Assembly (NCBI GenBank): GCA_964404765.1
Contig: CAYOLL010000010.1
Span: 159 to 64,158, forward strand
Length of the DNA stretch: 64,000 nucleotides
Direction of reading: 5' to 3'
From: an uncultured Gemmatimonadota bacterium
GTDB lineage: Bacteria; 4572-55
Below are positions 1 through 9,574 of this stretch, piece by piece; positions within the stretch are counted from its first letter, which is position 1, and each line of letters starts with the position of its first letter. The position numbers were made by a program, and so were the translations under genes. The notes under the pieces are model-generated. The model did not search any database and was not told the DNA's origin. It saw nothing but the letters and a program-made list of their open reading frames with translations.

Positions 1-543
1 TTGGTATGTGCTTTCCATTTCATGAATCTTGATCACGGTTTTAAGTCCGGCCCAAAAACCCACGCGCGACTCAACGCCATCACACCCGATAACGACTTTG
101 GCCGCAATATCTTCCACATTTTGTCCGCGCTGGACCTGTACACCACACGTACGCCCGCTATCGTCGCGCAGCAGGCTGACGACCTCGCTGTGTGTCTGCA
201 CTTTTGCGCCGGCCTCGGCGGCTAACTGGGCCAGGTAGCGGTCAAAAATTCGCCGCTCCAGCACATAGCCGACCTCTGGTTCCAGAATATCGACATAGCG
301 GCCATTCGGCGCTACCAGCCGCGCTCCTTTGATCTCGCGCGCCACCCAGCGCGGGTCCGGCTGAACAAACTGGCGCAAACTGCGCCCGCTAATCCCTTCT
401 GCACAGCGCACAGGGGTGCCGATCTCGCGGTCTTTTTCCAGCAGCAAAACCGTGGCGCCGCCCAAAGCAGCCTGACGCGCAGCTGTCGAGCCTGCGGGCC
501 CGGCGCCAACGACGACGACATCATAGCGATTTGTTTTTAGCAT
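1..543 (-). CDS. Geranylgeranyl reductase-family FAD oxidoreductase (DGGGPL-reductase-like); partial, 3' end runs off the window
   Basis: Not in the ORF track (no stop in window). Hand translation from ATG at 543: MLKTNRYDVVVVGAGPAGSTAARQAALGGATVLLLEKDREIGTPVRCAEG...VLERRIFDRYLA...VIGCDGVES; GxGxxG Rossmann motif plus GGR-type PxxCAEG, R..FD..L and DG motifs. Confidence 0.85.
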   Translation of the reverse strand, partial: MLKTNRYDVVVVGAGPAGSTAARQAALGGATVLLLEKDREIGTPVRCAEGISGRSLRQFVQPDPRWVAREIKGARLVAPNGRYVDILEPEVGYVLERRIFDRYLAQLAAEAGAKVQTHSEVVSLLRDDSGRTCGVQVQRGQNVEDIAAKVVIGCDGVESRVGFWAGLKTVIKIHEMESTYQ

Positions 544-718
544 ACAAAGGCTCTCCCAAAGTCAGGCACTCGACCGGGCAAATTTTAACGCAGATATTGC
601 AATCAATGCAGGAGGTTTTGGTATCTAAGGTTTGACTGCGGAGTATGAGGGCATCCACCGGGCAGACAACGACGCAAGCGCCGCATAAGTCGCACACATG
701 GCGATCAACAAAAATCAT
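521..718 (-). CDS. 2x[4Fe-4S] ferredoxin
   Basis: Two CxxCxxCxxxCP motifs (CDLCGACVVVCP, CIDCNICVKICP); overlaps the start of the GGR gene. Confidence 0.9.
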   Translation of the reverse strand: MIFVDRHVCDLCGACVVVCPVDALILRSQTLDTKTSCIDCNICVKICPVECLTLGEPLYAKNKSL

Positions 719-772
719 GAGCGGCCTTTTATAGATATTTTGCAGAAATTAAGCTGGCAGTTTGCGCTTATT

Positions 773-913
773 TGTACTAGTCAACAACCTTTAGAACACT
801 GTCATGCCGGAATGCTTTTATCCGGCATCTTGTTTGCCTGTAAGAAGATTCCGGCCAAAAAAACGCCGGAATGACATCGCGGAAAAGTGTTCTAAAGGTA
901 TTTGACTAGTACA
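773..913. mobile_element. MITE, TGTACTAGTCAA-terminus family, copy 1 (141 bp), with perfect 15-bp target-site duplication
   Basis: TIR TGTACTAGTCAA...TTGACTAGTACA (imperfectly extending to about 28 bp); CAGTTTGCGCTTATT at 758-772 and 914-928; near-identical inverted copy at 35002-35141. Confidence 0.9.
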
Positions 914-923
914 CAGTTTGCGC

Positions 924-2258
924 TTATTCGATAATATTGATGGTCTCAAAGCATTCTTTGGCGTATACATCTTCGGACTGCGGCTGGGCCAGACTATACC
1001 GACCATAGCCCCCTTCGTCGACAAAAACAAAGCGGTGTCCGCATTTGTAATAAATCCAAATTTCATAGGGGCGGGTTTCAGAATCAAATGGATGTCGTTC
1101 GATTTCATCCGGCTCACCAAATTTGATATGAATGCGCCCCATATCCGTGCGCCAACCGGGCATGGCTGATGAAAAGTGTTCAATCGCATATTTATAGCGG
1201 CGATAGTGTTCAACCATTGCTTCATTTTGCGGCGTCCGTTTAACCGGGTCGCGTCTGGCCCAAAAAGCAACCATGAAGGCGCTTCGATCCGCTTCCGGCG
1301 CTTTTTTAAGCTTTTTATAGCTTTTTAGTTCCTGAGGCGTGGCAAGGTACAAAATCTGGTGTAGTGATTCGTCAAAATCACCACCCCAGGTCACCGGCGA
1401 CCATACAACGGTAAAGTCGCCTTCTTTGCTGAGTTTTTGGCTGGTCGCCACGTTGGTCGCATTCAAGCGCAGCCGATATTTGCCATCCGTAAATTTGGAA
1501 ATATCCGCCACGCCTTTGATCGGAGTGATTGGACTCTTAATCGCAATATTTTGCCGGTTATTGATCGAAAGCGAATCCTTGTTGTTCAGAACTTGAAACT
1601 CGACTTCATAGTCACCATAGTTCTTTTCATCAACAAACAACTCGGAATAGAAATAGAAATCCTTCTGATTTTCGCCAAAAGTTCGTGATGTGTTCGGTTC
1701 AATATAAAAGCCGTGTTTGGTGTAGGGGCCGTCGGTACTTTCCGGCAAGATGGATTCTGCAAACTGAATTGAACTAAAACTTACTTGATCTTTCGGGTAA
1801 GCCGGGGTTTGTATTTTAAGCTCGGCGTTTCCGAATTTTTTGTTGTTTAAATCCTCGATTTGGACTTTTATTTTGTACTCGCCTGGCTCAGTGATAAAGC
1901 GAACCTGACTATAAGTATAGGCCGTGCTGATTTCGCCGGGATCTTTAAGCTCGATTGGATATTCCCAGCGATTGCCGGTGACTTGTGAGCCATGCTGATT
2001 ATATAAAACAATGGATAAGTCAAAACGAGCTCTGTAAATATTATTTTTTTTGGTAAATTGAAATTCGCTGTTAGCAATTTTATAGTAAACTTCAATATAG
2101 GACGTCTGCGGATTTTGCCAAAAATTAGCAGCGTCAACGGTAAAATGAAGCTTGCCCTGACTGGATACAACCTGGGTCTGTCCGCTGGGGGGGGTTGCAA
2201 TCAGAAAAACAAGTCCACTCAAAATAATACGCAGGGCAAACCGGCTTCTAAATTTCAT
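924..2258 (-). CDS. GWxTD domain-containing secreted protein
   Basis: Signal-like N-terminus; C-terminal FWARRDP...NEAMVEHYRR...GWRTDMGRIHIKFGEPD motif. Confidence 0.85.
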   Translation of the reverse strand: MKFRSRFALRIILSGLVFLIATPPSGQTQVVSSQGKLHFTVDAANFWQNPQTSYIEVYYKIANSEFQFTKKNNIYRARFDLSIVLYNQHGSQVTGNRWEYPIELKDPGEISTAYTYSQVRFITEPGEYKIKVQIEDLNNKKFGNAELKIQTPAYPKDQVSFSSIQFAESILPESTDGPYTKHGFYIEPNTSRTFGENQKDFYFYSELFVDEKNYGDYEVEFQVLNNKDSLSINNRQNIAIKSPITPIKGVADISKFTDGKYRLRLNATNVATSQKLSKEGDFTVVWSPVTWGGDFDESLHQILYLATPQELKSYKKLKKAPEADRSAFMVAFWARRDPVKRTPQNEAMVEHYRRYKYAIEHFSSAMPGWRTDMGRIHIKFGEPDEIERHPFDSETRPYEIWIYYKCGHRFVFVDEGGYGRYSLAQPQSEDVYAKECFETINIIE

Positions 2259-2280
2259 AAAACCACCTTATTAATAAACT

Positions 2281-2628
2281 TTATAGAATTTCTTCATTCA
2301 AAAAGCGTTGAATCAAGCGTTTATTGGCATCGGAAATGTCGGTAAATTTGATCCCGATTTCAAATTTTTTGCTGTTCGGGATCGGCTCTACTTTTGTGAT
2401 TTTACCCTTAGCCATAATGAGTGTTTCATGCATAGCGACTTGCACATCCATTCGGGTATTAATCTCAAATTTTTGATTGCACTCCAGCATAATACCACCC
2501 TCGCTTAAATCCTTTGTGCGGGCCATATCTTCACAATCTGCGACATCATTTACGTCAAAGTGGGTAAAGTTTACCAGATTGAGGGACATAATACGGGGTT
2601 GGCGACGATCAGAATATTTCCCTTGCAT
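2281..2628 (-). CDS. PilZ domain protein (c-di-GMP receptor family)
   Basis: RxxxR (RRQPR) and DxSxGG (DLSEGG) motifs; 115 aa. Confidence 0.85.
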   Translation of the reverse strand: MQGKYSDRRQPRIMSLNLVNFTHFDVNDVADCEDMARTKDLSEGGIMLECNQKFEINTRMDVQVAMHETLIMAKGKITKVEPIPNSKKFEIGIKFTDISDANKRLIQRFLNEEIL

Positions 2629-2754
2629 GGGTTATTGCTCCTCTTGAATAAGATTTTGACGGCAATTACATTTTTCTTTGGACAAATAACGCAGCAAAAT
2701 GTTTATTGTCAAGCGAAAATTCCAGCGACTTTTTATAACCATTCAAAACCTGAG

Positions 2755-2861
2755 TAGCAAACTTCAGTTTGCAAGTAACGATGTGGTTACGTGAGTCACA
2801 TCAGTTTGCAAGTAACCACTCAGCCTCGGACGACGTGCCCTACGCAAACTGAAGTTTGCTA
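2755..2861. repeat. REP-like element with perfect 18-bp inverted repeats
   Basis: TAGCAAACTTCAGTTTGC (2755-2772) and its reverse complement (2844-2861); internal partial repeat CAGTTTGCAAGTAAC. Confidence 0.75.
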
Positions 2862-2880
2862 TTCCATGCAAAGGCGATTG

Positions 2881-3723
2881 ATGAAAATTGCAATTATTTC
2901 TGATATTCACGGCAACATTCACGCGCTGGAAGCTGTTTTGGCGGATATTGACCGTCAGTGTGTCGATCAAGTTGTGGTCAACGGTGATTTGGTGAATCGC
3001 GGGCCAAATAATCTGGCGGTCATGCGCCGTTTAATCGGGCAGGGCTTTGCCATTACGTTGGGCAACCACGACGATTTAGTGGTGAAATGGGAGAAGCATA
3101 GCCCCGATCTGCCGGAAAAATGGTTCTCCGATCCTTTTTGGGACGCCACCGCCCATACGGTGCAGCAGTTGTTGGATGCCGATTTTATCGACGCGCTGCG
3201 TCATTTGCCCATGACCCACTCCATCAGTGTGCCCGGTGCGCCGGCAGTGCTGATTGCTCACGGCAGCCCGCGTCATTATCGCGAAGGATACGGTAATTTA
3301 ATGACGGAGCAGACGGCGCGCGAAATCAATACGGTTTTCCCGGCCAAAGTCTATGTCGGTTCGCATACCCATGTTACGCTGGAAAAGCGCTTTGGCGATT
3401 TGGTCTTCTGGAACACCGGCGCAATCGGCGCACCTTTTAATCTCGATCCGCGCGCGCAGTATTTAATTCTGGAATTGGTTGACAACGGCTGGCAGGGCCG
3501 CTTTCAAGCCGTGGAATATGACCGGGTCAAAGCCATGGCCGCTTTTGCCGAAACCGGCTATCTGGAAAAAGGCGGCCTGAGCGCCCATATTTTCCGCGAC
3601 GAGCTTTTTTATGCCCGCGTGCTGTTCGATCCCTATTGGCGCTGGATGAATCAGCACAATCAACCCGGAACATGGGAAACATGGGAGGTATTTAAAAGTC
3701 AGCATCCGGATCGCTTTTTGTAA
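2881..3723 (+). CDS. Calcineurin-like metallophosphoesterase (YfcE/MPP_2 type)
   Basis: DIHGN, GDLVNRGP, GNHD, HGSP, GSHTH motifs; start moved to MKIAIISD at 2881 (track start 2791 lies in a repeat). Confidence 0.9.
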   Translation: MKIAIISDIHGNIHALEAVLADIDRQCVDQVVVNGDLVNRGPNNLAVMRRLIGQGFAITLGNHDDLVVKWEKHSPDLPEKWFSDPFWDATAHTVQQLLDADFIDALRHLPMTHSISVPGAPAVLIAHGSPRHYREGYGNLMTEQTAREINTVFPAKVYVGSHTHVTLEKRFGDLVFWNTGAIGAPFNLDPRAQYLILELVDNGWQGRFQAVEYDRVKAMAAFAETGYLEKGGLSAHIFRDELFYARVLFDPYWRWMNQHNQPGTWETWEVFKSQHPDRFL

Positions 3724-3874
3724 AAATGGAAAGCAACATTGGCAATTTAAAACCGTCAATGCTTAATCCGGACAGCCTAATCCCACATGCAAATTTTTGT
3801 GATTTCGTACACGTTCATAAATGTTGTGATGTGCTTTATATAAAAATCTACTTTATAGGGAGTTTAAAAATTTT

Positions 3875-6109
3875 ATGAAAAAAAGATCATTTTGGATATG
3901 GCTGATTCTGGCTGCTTTCCCGGTAAGTCTTTACAGTCAGACAACAAGCTGGCTGGATGTAGACGAACTGAATCTGGAGGCGCTATTGAACACGGAGGTC
4001 ATTACCGCTTCTCGCAAGGCGCAGAAATCAGCCGAGGCGCCGGCTTCGGTCTACGCTATATCCGCCGAGATAATCCGCCAGCGCGGTTATCGCAATCTAT
4101 TGGATTTATTGGAGGATATTCCGGAAGTAGAGGTTCAACACAAGTCGCAGCCGGAGATGTGGGACCCAATCACAATACGTGGCATTGCCGGCAACGAAAA
4201 GTTCATAATCCTGTTAGACGGTGTACGGATTAGCTCGGCCACCGGCGATTGGCACGCCGTTGACAGCAATTATCCATTAGTCAATGTGGAGCGCGTGGAA
4301 GTCATCCTGGGCCCGGCCTCGGCCTTATACGGCGCTGACGCTTTTAGCGGTATTGTGCACATTATTACAAATGCCGATACGACCGGTTTGCAAATGACCG
4401 GCAGCTACGGGCGGTTCGGCACAACCGACAATAGTTTTTCGCTCCGACGCAAAGTAGGTGATTTTTCAGTTCAGGCGACCGGCCATTTTTATCACTCGGA
4501 CGAGCCGTTTATGCCTGAATTTTATCCCAAAGAATTTGCCGGATATGAACGCTATCGACAGGAAGGCAAAATGCCGCTGGGACCCTGGGCGCCGGATGTG
4601 TTGGTAGACGTGCCGATCAAGCCGTATGAGACACCGACCAATTCCCACTTTTTGGACATCCGCGCGCGCCTGGGTGAAAGTTTGATAGGCTACACCCGCA
4701 GTTATCAATCCCATAATACGTCGCTGTCGTACGACCCGTCGTACGCCATGCATATTAAAGACGCACAGTGGAATTTTGCCATTGAAACCCTGTTTGGCAT
4801 CCATAACTATGCGACGGCTGACAATAAACTCAATTTGCGCTCAGGCGTCTCACGGCAGATGTATCAACTGGATCCGGAAACGCACTTTCGCAATCTTTAC
4901 ACCGGCGGATATGCTGCCGGTTACAAGTACTCGCTCAATACCACGATAAAGTTTGAGGAGCAATTGTCAATTACGCTGTCGGAGCGGATGACTTTTGTCG
5001 GCGGCAGCAGTTTTGAAACGGTTTCCTGTCTGCCCAAAACCGGCGATATGCCCCGTCCGTTTGACCCCGATTTAGCCGGTCCTAACCAAAATATGTATTA
5101 TGCCGGCACGAATATCACCGATGCCGACGGTGATACGCTCATCGTCTATCAGGATTTCTACTATTTAAACTTTCGCAACTATGGCTTGTATGGACAACTG
5201 CAAACCCGCTTGACACCAAAAATTGAGCTGACCCTCGGCTCGCGTTGGGATCACAATACGCGCTATGGCTCGACCTTTAACCCACGGTTGGGTTTGACCG
5301 CCGGCCTGACGGATCAAATTAAAGCCAAATTGCTTTATGGAAGGGCCTATCTTTCACCATCGCCCTACAAATCCTATCAGCATTTCGGTTCCTTTTATCC
5401 CACCACCAATGATGCCGGTGAGATTATCGGCCTGGCCAGCGCGTTCTGGCATCTGCCCAATGCCGATCTGAAGCCGGAGATTTTGCAATCCGTCGAAGGC
5501 AGCGTCAGCGCCTATATTACGCCAAGTATCGCTTTTTCGGTCAACGCGTATCATGTGGATATTCAGGACCTGATTGTCAATACCATTGTTTTTGACAGCG
5601 CGTTCAAAGGCATTCCCGTGGCAGTCGTCGAGACGCCGCGTAACAAGGGCAAGTCTGAGTCTTACGGCGGCACGGTTGGCCTGAATATCTTGGCTAAAAC
5701 CGGCAATCTAAAAGCGACAACCCGGTTGTATTACTCTTTTGTGGATGGGGAAATCGACAATAAATCCCTGCTCATGGCGGCCAAGCACACGGTTAAAGGC
5801 GGGTTGGAGCTGAACTATCGCCACTTCACACTGGCGCCACGATTTCTCTATCGCTCCAAATCTTACTCGGCGCGGTCGGATGCCGTCGGCAATCTGGCTT
5901 CTAACCGGCAATTTACCGTCGCAGACTTATTTGCCCGTTATGACCGAATTCGGTTGGGTCAGCGCGGGGAATTGGCGCTTTTTGTTGATATCCGCAACCT
6001 GCTGGACCGGCGTTATTACAATGTCTACGGCACGCCGGATGATGGCGCGTTCCAGGCCACCCCGCAAGATCCGCGACGAATTTCCGGCGGGGTAACGATC
6101 TCATACTAA
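3875..6109 (+). CDS. TonB-dependent receptor
   Basis: Signal peptide; plug motifs (VITASRKAQ, IRGI, VERVEVILGPASALYGADAFSGIVHIIT); barrel end with NLLDRRY and terminal aromatic residue. Confidence 0.9.
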   Translation: MKKRSFWIWLILAAFPVSLYSQTTSWLDVDELNLEALLNTEVITASRKAQKSAEAPASVYAISAEIIRQRGYRNLLDLLEDIPEVEVQHKSQPEMWDPITIRGIAGNEKFIILLDGVRISSATGDWHAVDSNYPLVNVERVEVILGPASALYGADAFSGIVHIITNADTTGLQMTGSYGRFGTTDNSFSLRRKVGDFSVQATGHFYHSDEPFMPEFYPKEFAGYERYRQEGKMPLGPWAPDVLVDVPIKPYETPTNSHFLDIRARLGESLIGYTRSYQSHNTSLSYDPSYAMHIKDAQWNFAIETLFGIHNYATADNKLNLRSGVSRQMYQLDPETHFRNLYTGGYAAGYKYSLNTTIKFEEQLSITLSERMTFVGGSSFETVSCLPKTGDMPRPFDPDLAGPNQNMYYAGTNITDADGDTLIVYQDFYYLNFRNYGLYGQLQTRLTPKIELTLGSRWDHNTRYGSTFNPRLGLTAGLTDQIKAKLLYGRAYLSPSPYKSYQHFGSFYPTTNDAGEIIGLASAFWHLPNADLKPEILQSVEGSVSAYITPSIAFSVNAYHVDIQDLIVNTIVFDSAFKGIPVAVVETPRNKGKSESYGGTVGLNILAKTGNLKATTRLYYSFVDGEIDNKSLLMAAKHTVKGGLELNYRHFTLAPRFLYRSKSYSARSDAVGNLASNRQFTVADLFARYDRIRLGQRGELALFVDIRNLLDRRYYNVYGTPDDGAFQATPQDPRRISGGVTISY

Positions 6110-6268
6110 TTCCAGAGGCTTTAGCGCAAATCAAATGATTGTTGACAACCGGGCAATATTCAATTAGCTTCAATCCGCTCTTCAGTCCAAATCTGCGCTA
6201 AAAGGATTAGAACCCTCCGTAAACTTTGCGCAATGTCTGTAAAATGATACACTCTCAAAGGATTATGC

Positions 6269-7426
6269 GTGCTTATCAAAATACTGTTTAAAAATCTATT
6301 TCGCCATCCGTTGCGAACGGTTTTGACCATTCTTGGCATTGCTGTGGCGATCTGCGCCTTCGCCTTTTTGCGCACCACGGTAACAGCCTGGTATGCCGGC
6401 GTAGAGGCATCCGTTGCCAATCGTTTAGTGATCCGAAACGCCATTTCGATTATTTTTCCGCTGCCATATTCGTATAAAGAGCGGGTGATGCGGATGCCTC
6501 ACGTAACCCATGCTACCTATGCCAATTGGTTTCAAGGCACGTATATCAGCGAGCGGAATTTTTTTGCCCAATTTGCCGTAGAATCCGAGACTTATTTTGA
6601 CGTCTATCCGGAATATAAGATTACGCCGGAAGAATTAAAGGCATTTCAAACTGAGCGAAATGCCTGCATCGTCGGCCAAAAAATAGCCGAAAAATTTAAT
6701 TGGAAAGTCGGCGACTCAATTCGGATGTTAGGCACGATTTACCCCGGCGATTGGGATTTTGTGATTCGCGGCATCTATACCAGCGACCGCCCAAACGTAG
6801 ATTTGACGCAGTTCTTTTTCAACTGGAAATATCTAAACGAAAGTATCGCTAAAACCACTCCCGGTCGTAACGGCGAAATCGGTATCATTCTGTTGCGCAT
6901 CGACGACCCAAATCTCGCTCCCAGCGTCAGTGATATGATAGACAAGGAATTTGCCAACTCCTCCGCCGAAACACTGACCGAAACGGAAAGCGCATTTCAA
7001 GCCAGTTTTGTCGCCATGTCCGGCACAATTATCTCCGGACTAAAAGTCATCTCCGGGGTGATTATTGTCATTGTGCTGCTCGTGCTGGCCAATACGATGG
7101 CCATGTCTATTCGTGAGCGTATGTCGGAATATGCTGTCCTCAAAACACTTGGTTTTGAATCCGGCTTTATTGTGCTGCTGATTGGCGGCGAAGCATTGCT
7201 CATTGCCGCCGTAGGCGGTCTGGTTGGTCTTGGTATTGCATATCCGCTTACCAAAGCTTTTGGCAAAGCCATGAGTAGTTTATTCACCTATGGTTTTGAC
7301 ATCACACCCGGCACCATAGCTTTAGGCGGGTTGTCAATTTTAATTGTGGCGATAGTGTCCGCTTTCTTCCCGACAGCCAATGTCTTGCGTACACGAATTG
7401 TCGATGGCTTACGGCATATCGGCTAA
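6269..7426 (+). CDS. MacB/FtsX-family ABC transporter permease
   Basis: NLFRHPLRTVLTILGI N-terminus, periplasmic loop, ER..EYAVLKTLGF motif, 4 TM helices; no ATPase gene adjacent. Confidence 0.9.
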   Translation: MLIKILFKNLFRHPLRTVLTILGIAVAICAFAFLRTTVTAWYAGVEASVANRLVIRNAISIIFPLPYSYKERVMRMPHVTHATYANWFQGTYISERNFFAQFAVESETYFDVYPEYKITPEELKAFQTERNACIVGQKIAEKFNWKVGDSIRMLGTIYPGDWDFVIRGIYTSDRPNVDLTQFFFNWKYLNESIAKTTPGRNGEIGIILLRIDDPNLAPSVSDMIDKEFANSSAETLTETESAFQASFVAMSGTIISGLKVISGVIIVIVLLVLANTMAMSIRERMSEYAVLKTLGFESGFIVLLIGGEALLIAAVGGLVGLGIAYPLTKAFGKAMSSLFTYGFDITPGTIALGGLSILIVAIVSAFFPTANVLRTRIVDGLRHIG

Positions 7427-7430
7427 TAAA

Positions 7431-7465
7431 GCCATTGCCCATTACCCATTACCCATTATCCATTT
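7431..7465. repeat. Heptamer tandem array (CCCATTA-type, 5 units)
   Basis: GCCATTG CCCATTA CCCATTA CCCATTA TCCATTT just after the permease stop. Confidence 0.8.
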
Positions 7466-7473
7466 AACAAGAT

Positions 7474-7554
7474 AACCTTGCGAAGGTTCGCGCCCGAGAG
7501 TTCAGCGAACCTTGAAAATATTGACTCCGCAGCAAGTTTAACCTTCGCAAGGTT
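7474..7554. repeat. REP-like element, AACCTTGCGAAGGTT family (81 bp)
   Basis: Terminal hairpins AACCTTGCGAAGGTT / AACCTTCGCAAGGTT; related copies at 25264-25344, 25387-25467 and inside the MITE at 24525-24637. Confidence 0.8.
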
Positions 7555-7589
7555 TTCTACATCCATTGCAAATTGTCGAGGCTTAATGT

Positions 7590-8942
7590 ATGAACCCAGC
7601 TATATTTAGACAATACGATATTCGCGGTGTGATTGATACCGATTTGACCTCCGTCGTTGCCGAGTCACTGGGTCGCGCTTTTGGCACGTACGTCCGCAGG
7701 AAAAAGCTCAAAACCGTTGCCGTCGGCGGCGATAATCGGCTGCACACCGATATGCTCAAAGCGCCGTTTATGGCCGGCCTGCAAGCCTGCGGCTGCAAGG
7801 TTATCGACATCGGAACCGTGCCCACACCGACCCTTTATTACGCCCATTTTTCGCTTGATAGCGATGCCGCAGTTCAAATCACCGGCAGTCATAATCCTGC
7901 CGAGTTTAACGGCTTTAAAATGGTCTTGCAGCGGGAATCCTTTTACGGCGATCAAATTCAGGAATTAGCTCGGATTTGCCGGGAAAATAACTTTGTCAGC
8001 GGCAGCGGCTCTTATCGGCAGGAATCCATGTTATCCGCCTATCATGACATGATTGTCGATAAAATAAAGCTGGCCCGCCCGTTGAAAGTTGTTCTCGATG
8101 CCGGCAATGGCACCGCCGGTTTCATTGCGCCACAGATTATGCGCTCGCTTGGCTGTGAAGTGGTCGAATTGTACTGTGAACCGGATGGGCGTTTCCCCAA
8201 CCACCATCCCGATCCGACTGTGCCGGAAAATTTGCGCGATTTAATCGCGAAAGTGCGCGAAACCGGGGCAGATGCCGGCATAGCCTATGATGGCGACTCC
8301 GACCGACTTGGCGTAGTCAACGAACACGGCGAGATTTTGTGGGGTGATCAATTGTTAGCCCTTTATGCCCGCGAAATTTTGCAAGAAGGCCCGGCGCCGA
8401 TCATCTTTGAAGTCAAATGCTCGACCGCCCTGATCGAGGATATCCGCAAGCATGGCGGCGAACCGGTTATGTGGCGAACCGGTCACTCGCTCATTAAAAA
8501 GAAGATGAAAGAATTAAACTCACCTTTGGCCGGCGAAATGAGCGGCCACATCTTTTTTAAGCACGAATACTTTGGCTTTGATGACGCCATATACGCCACT
8601 GCCCGTCTGCTGCGTATCCTGTCCAAATCCAATGAGCCGCTATCCGGTCTGCTCAGTGACTTGCCGAGTTATCCGTCCACCCCGGAAATTCGCTTCGACT
8701 GCCCCGACGACATCAAGTTCAAAGCCGTGGCCAAGCTAAAAGAAGTCTTTACCGGCGATTTTGAGCTGATTGATGTGGATGGTATGCGCGTGGTCTATCC
8801 CGATGGCGCGTGGGGTCTGGTGCGCGCCTCTAATACCCAGCCCGTGCTGGTCATGCGCTTCGAAGCCCGCACCATCGAGCGCATGGAAGCAATCAAGCAC
8901 GAAATGGAAACCAAGCTGCGGGAAGTGATCACCCGGCTTTAG
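7590..8942 (+). CDS. Phosphomannomutase/phosphoglucomutase
   Basis: FRQYDIRG, catalytic TGSHNP, metal-binding DGDSDR, GEMSGH, RASNTQP motifs. Confidence 0.95.
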   Translation: MNPAIFRQYDIRGVIDTDLTSVVAESLGRAFGTYVRRKKLKTVAVGGDNRLHTDMLKAPFMAGLQACGCKVIDIGTVPTPTLYYAHFSLDSDAAVQITGSHNPAEFNGFKMVLQRESFYGDQIQELARICRENNFVSGSGSYRQESMLSAYHDMIVDKIKLARPLKVVLDAGNGTAGFIAPQIMRSLGCEVVELYCEPDGRFPNHHPDPTVPENLRDLIAKVRETGADAGIAYDGDSDRLGVVNEHGEILWGDQLLALYAREILQEGPAPIIFEVKCSTALIEDIRKHGGEPVMWRTGHSLIKKKMKELNSPLAGEMSGHIFFKHEYFGFDDAIYATARLLRILSKSNEPLSGLLSDLPSYPSTPEIRFDCPDDIKFKAVAKLKEVFTGDFELIDVDGMRVVYPDGAWGLVRASNTQPVLVMRFEARTIERMEAIKHEMETKLREVITRL

Positions 8943-8992
8943 ATTTAACTGCTAGAAAAATTCATGAGGGGTTTAAACAAATAGAGAAATCC

Positions 8993-9298
8993 ATGAATGC
9001 AAAAAAGAAACTAACGATGCAAACATTTCAGGAACTGTTGAACAAACATCAGTTGCTGGAAAAGTATGAATTGAACCAAATTGGCATTTTCGGCTCGCTG
9101 GCCCGCGGCGAAACCGCCCGCGATGTGGACATTTTAATTGAGCAGTTTCAGGATTACCGGCAATTGTTGGCATTTAAAGCCGACTTAGAAAAGCGCCTGC
9201 ACAAGCCGGTGGATATTGTCATTAAAAAATTTGCCAATCCCATCATTTTGCATCGCGCCCAAAAGGATTTGATTTATGTCACCCGCCCTGCAAAATGA
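8993..9298 (+). CDS. Minimal nucleotidyltransferase (MntA-like antitoxin)
   Basis: GIFGSLARGE...DVDILIE (GSx10DxD-type); about 100 aa. Confidence 0.85.
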   Translation: MNAKKKLTMQTFQELLNKHQLLEKYELNQIGIFGSLARGETARDVDILIEQFQDYRQLLAFKADLEKRLHKPVDIVIKKFANPIILHRAQKDLIYVTRPAK

Positions 9299-9525
9299 CC
9301 TGGTGCATATACCCCAGCCTCGACATCTATGTCGTCTTCGAACGTATTACGGATCAACTAAGTGTCCTGCATCCGCAACTCATCAGCGCAGTTGCCGGCG
9401 AATTGCGTAGCGGCGCTTTTTCATCTCAAGAATATAGCGCTGCCAAAAGCAGCTATTACTATCGCCACATAAATTTTACCAAAATAGAGCAAGAATTAAT
9501 CTCTCAAAGACTTTCAAAACCTTGA
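9276..9525 (+). pseudogene. Internally deleted/frameshifted HepT (DUF86-like) toxin remnant
   Basis: ATG at 9276 overlapping the MNT end reads MSPALQNDLVHI (HepT-like start); another frame gives LDIYVVFERITDQL...EYSAAKSSYYYRHINF (HepT-like C-terminus); no RxxxxH catalytic motif remains. Confidence 0.55.
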
Positions 9526-9574
9526 GATTTGGAAACAGTCTGGTCGCAAAACCTTTATAGTACATACATATACC

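Noticed and set aside
2187-2194. G8 tract in the 5' part of the GWxTD gene as a phase-variation switch
   Set aside because: Eight bases is borderline and the frame is intact; read-level length variation would be needed.
6120-6202. Weak 12-bp inverted repeat (TTTAGCGCA...TGCGCTAAA) as a MITE
   Set aside because: Single copy, short imperfect IR, no TSD.
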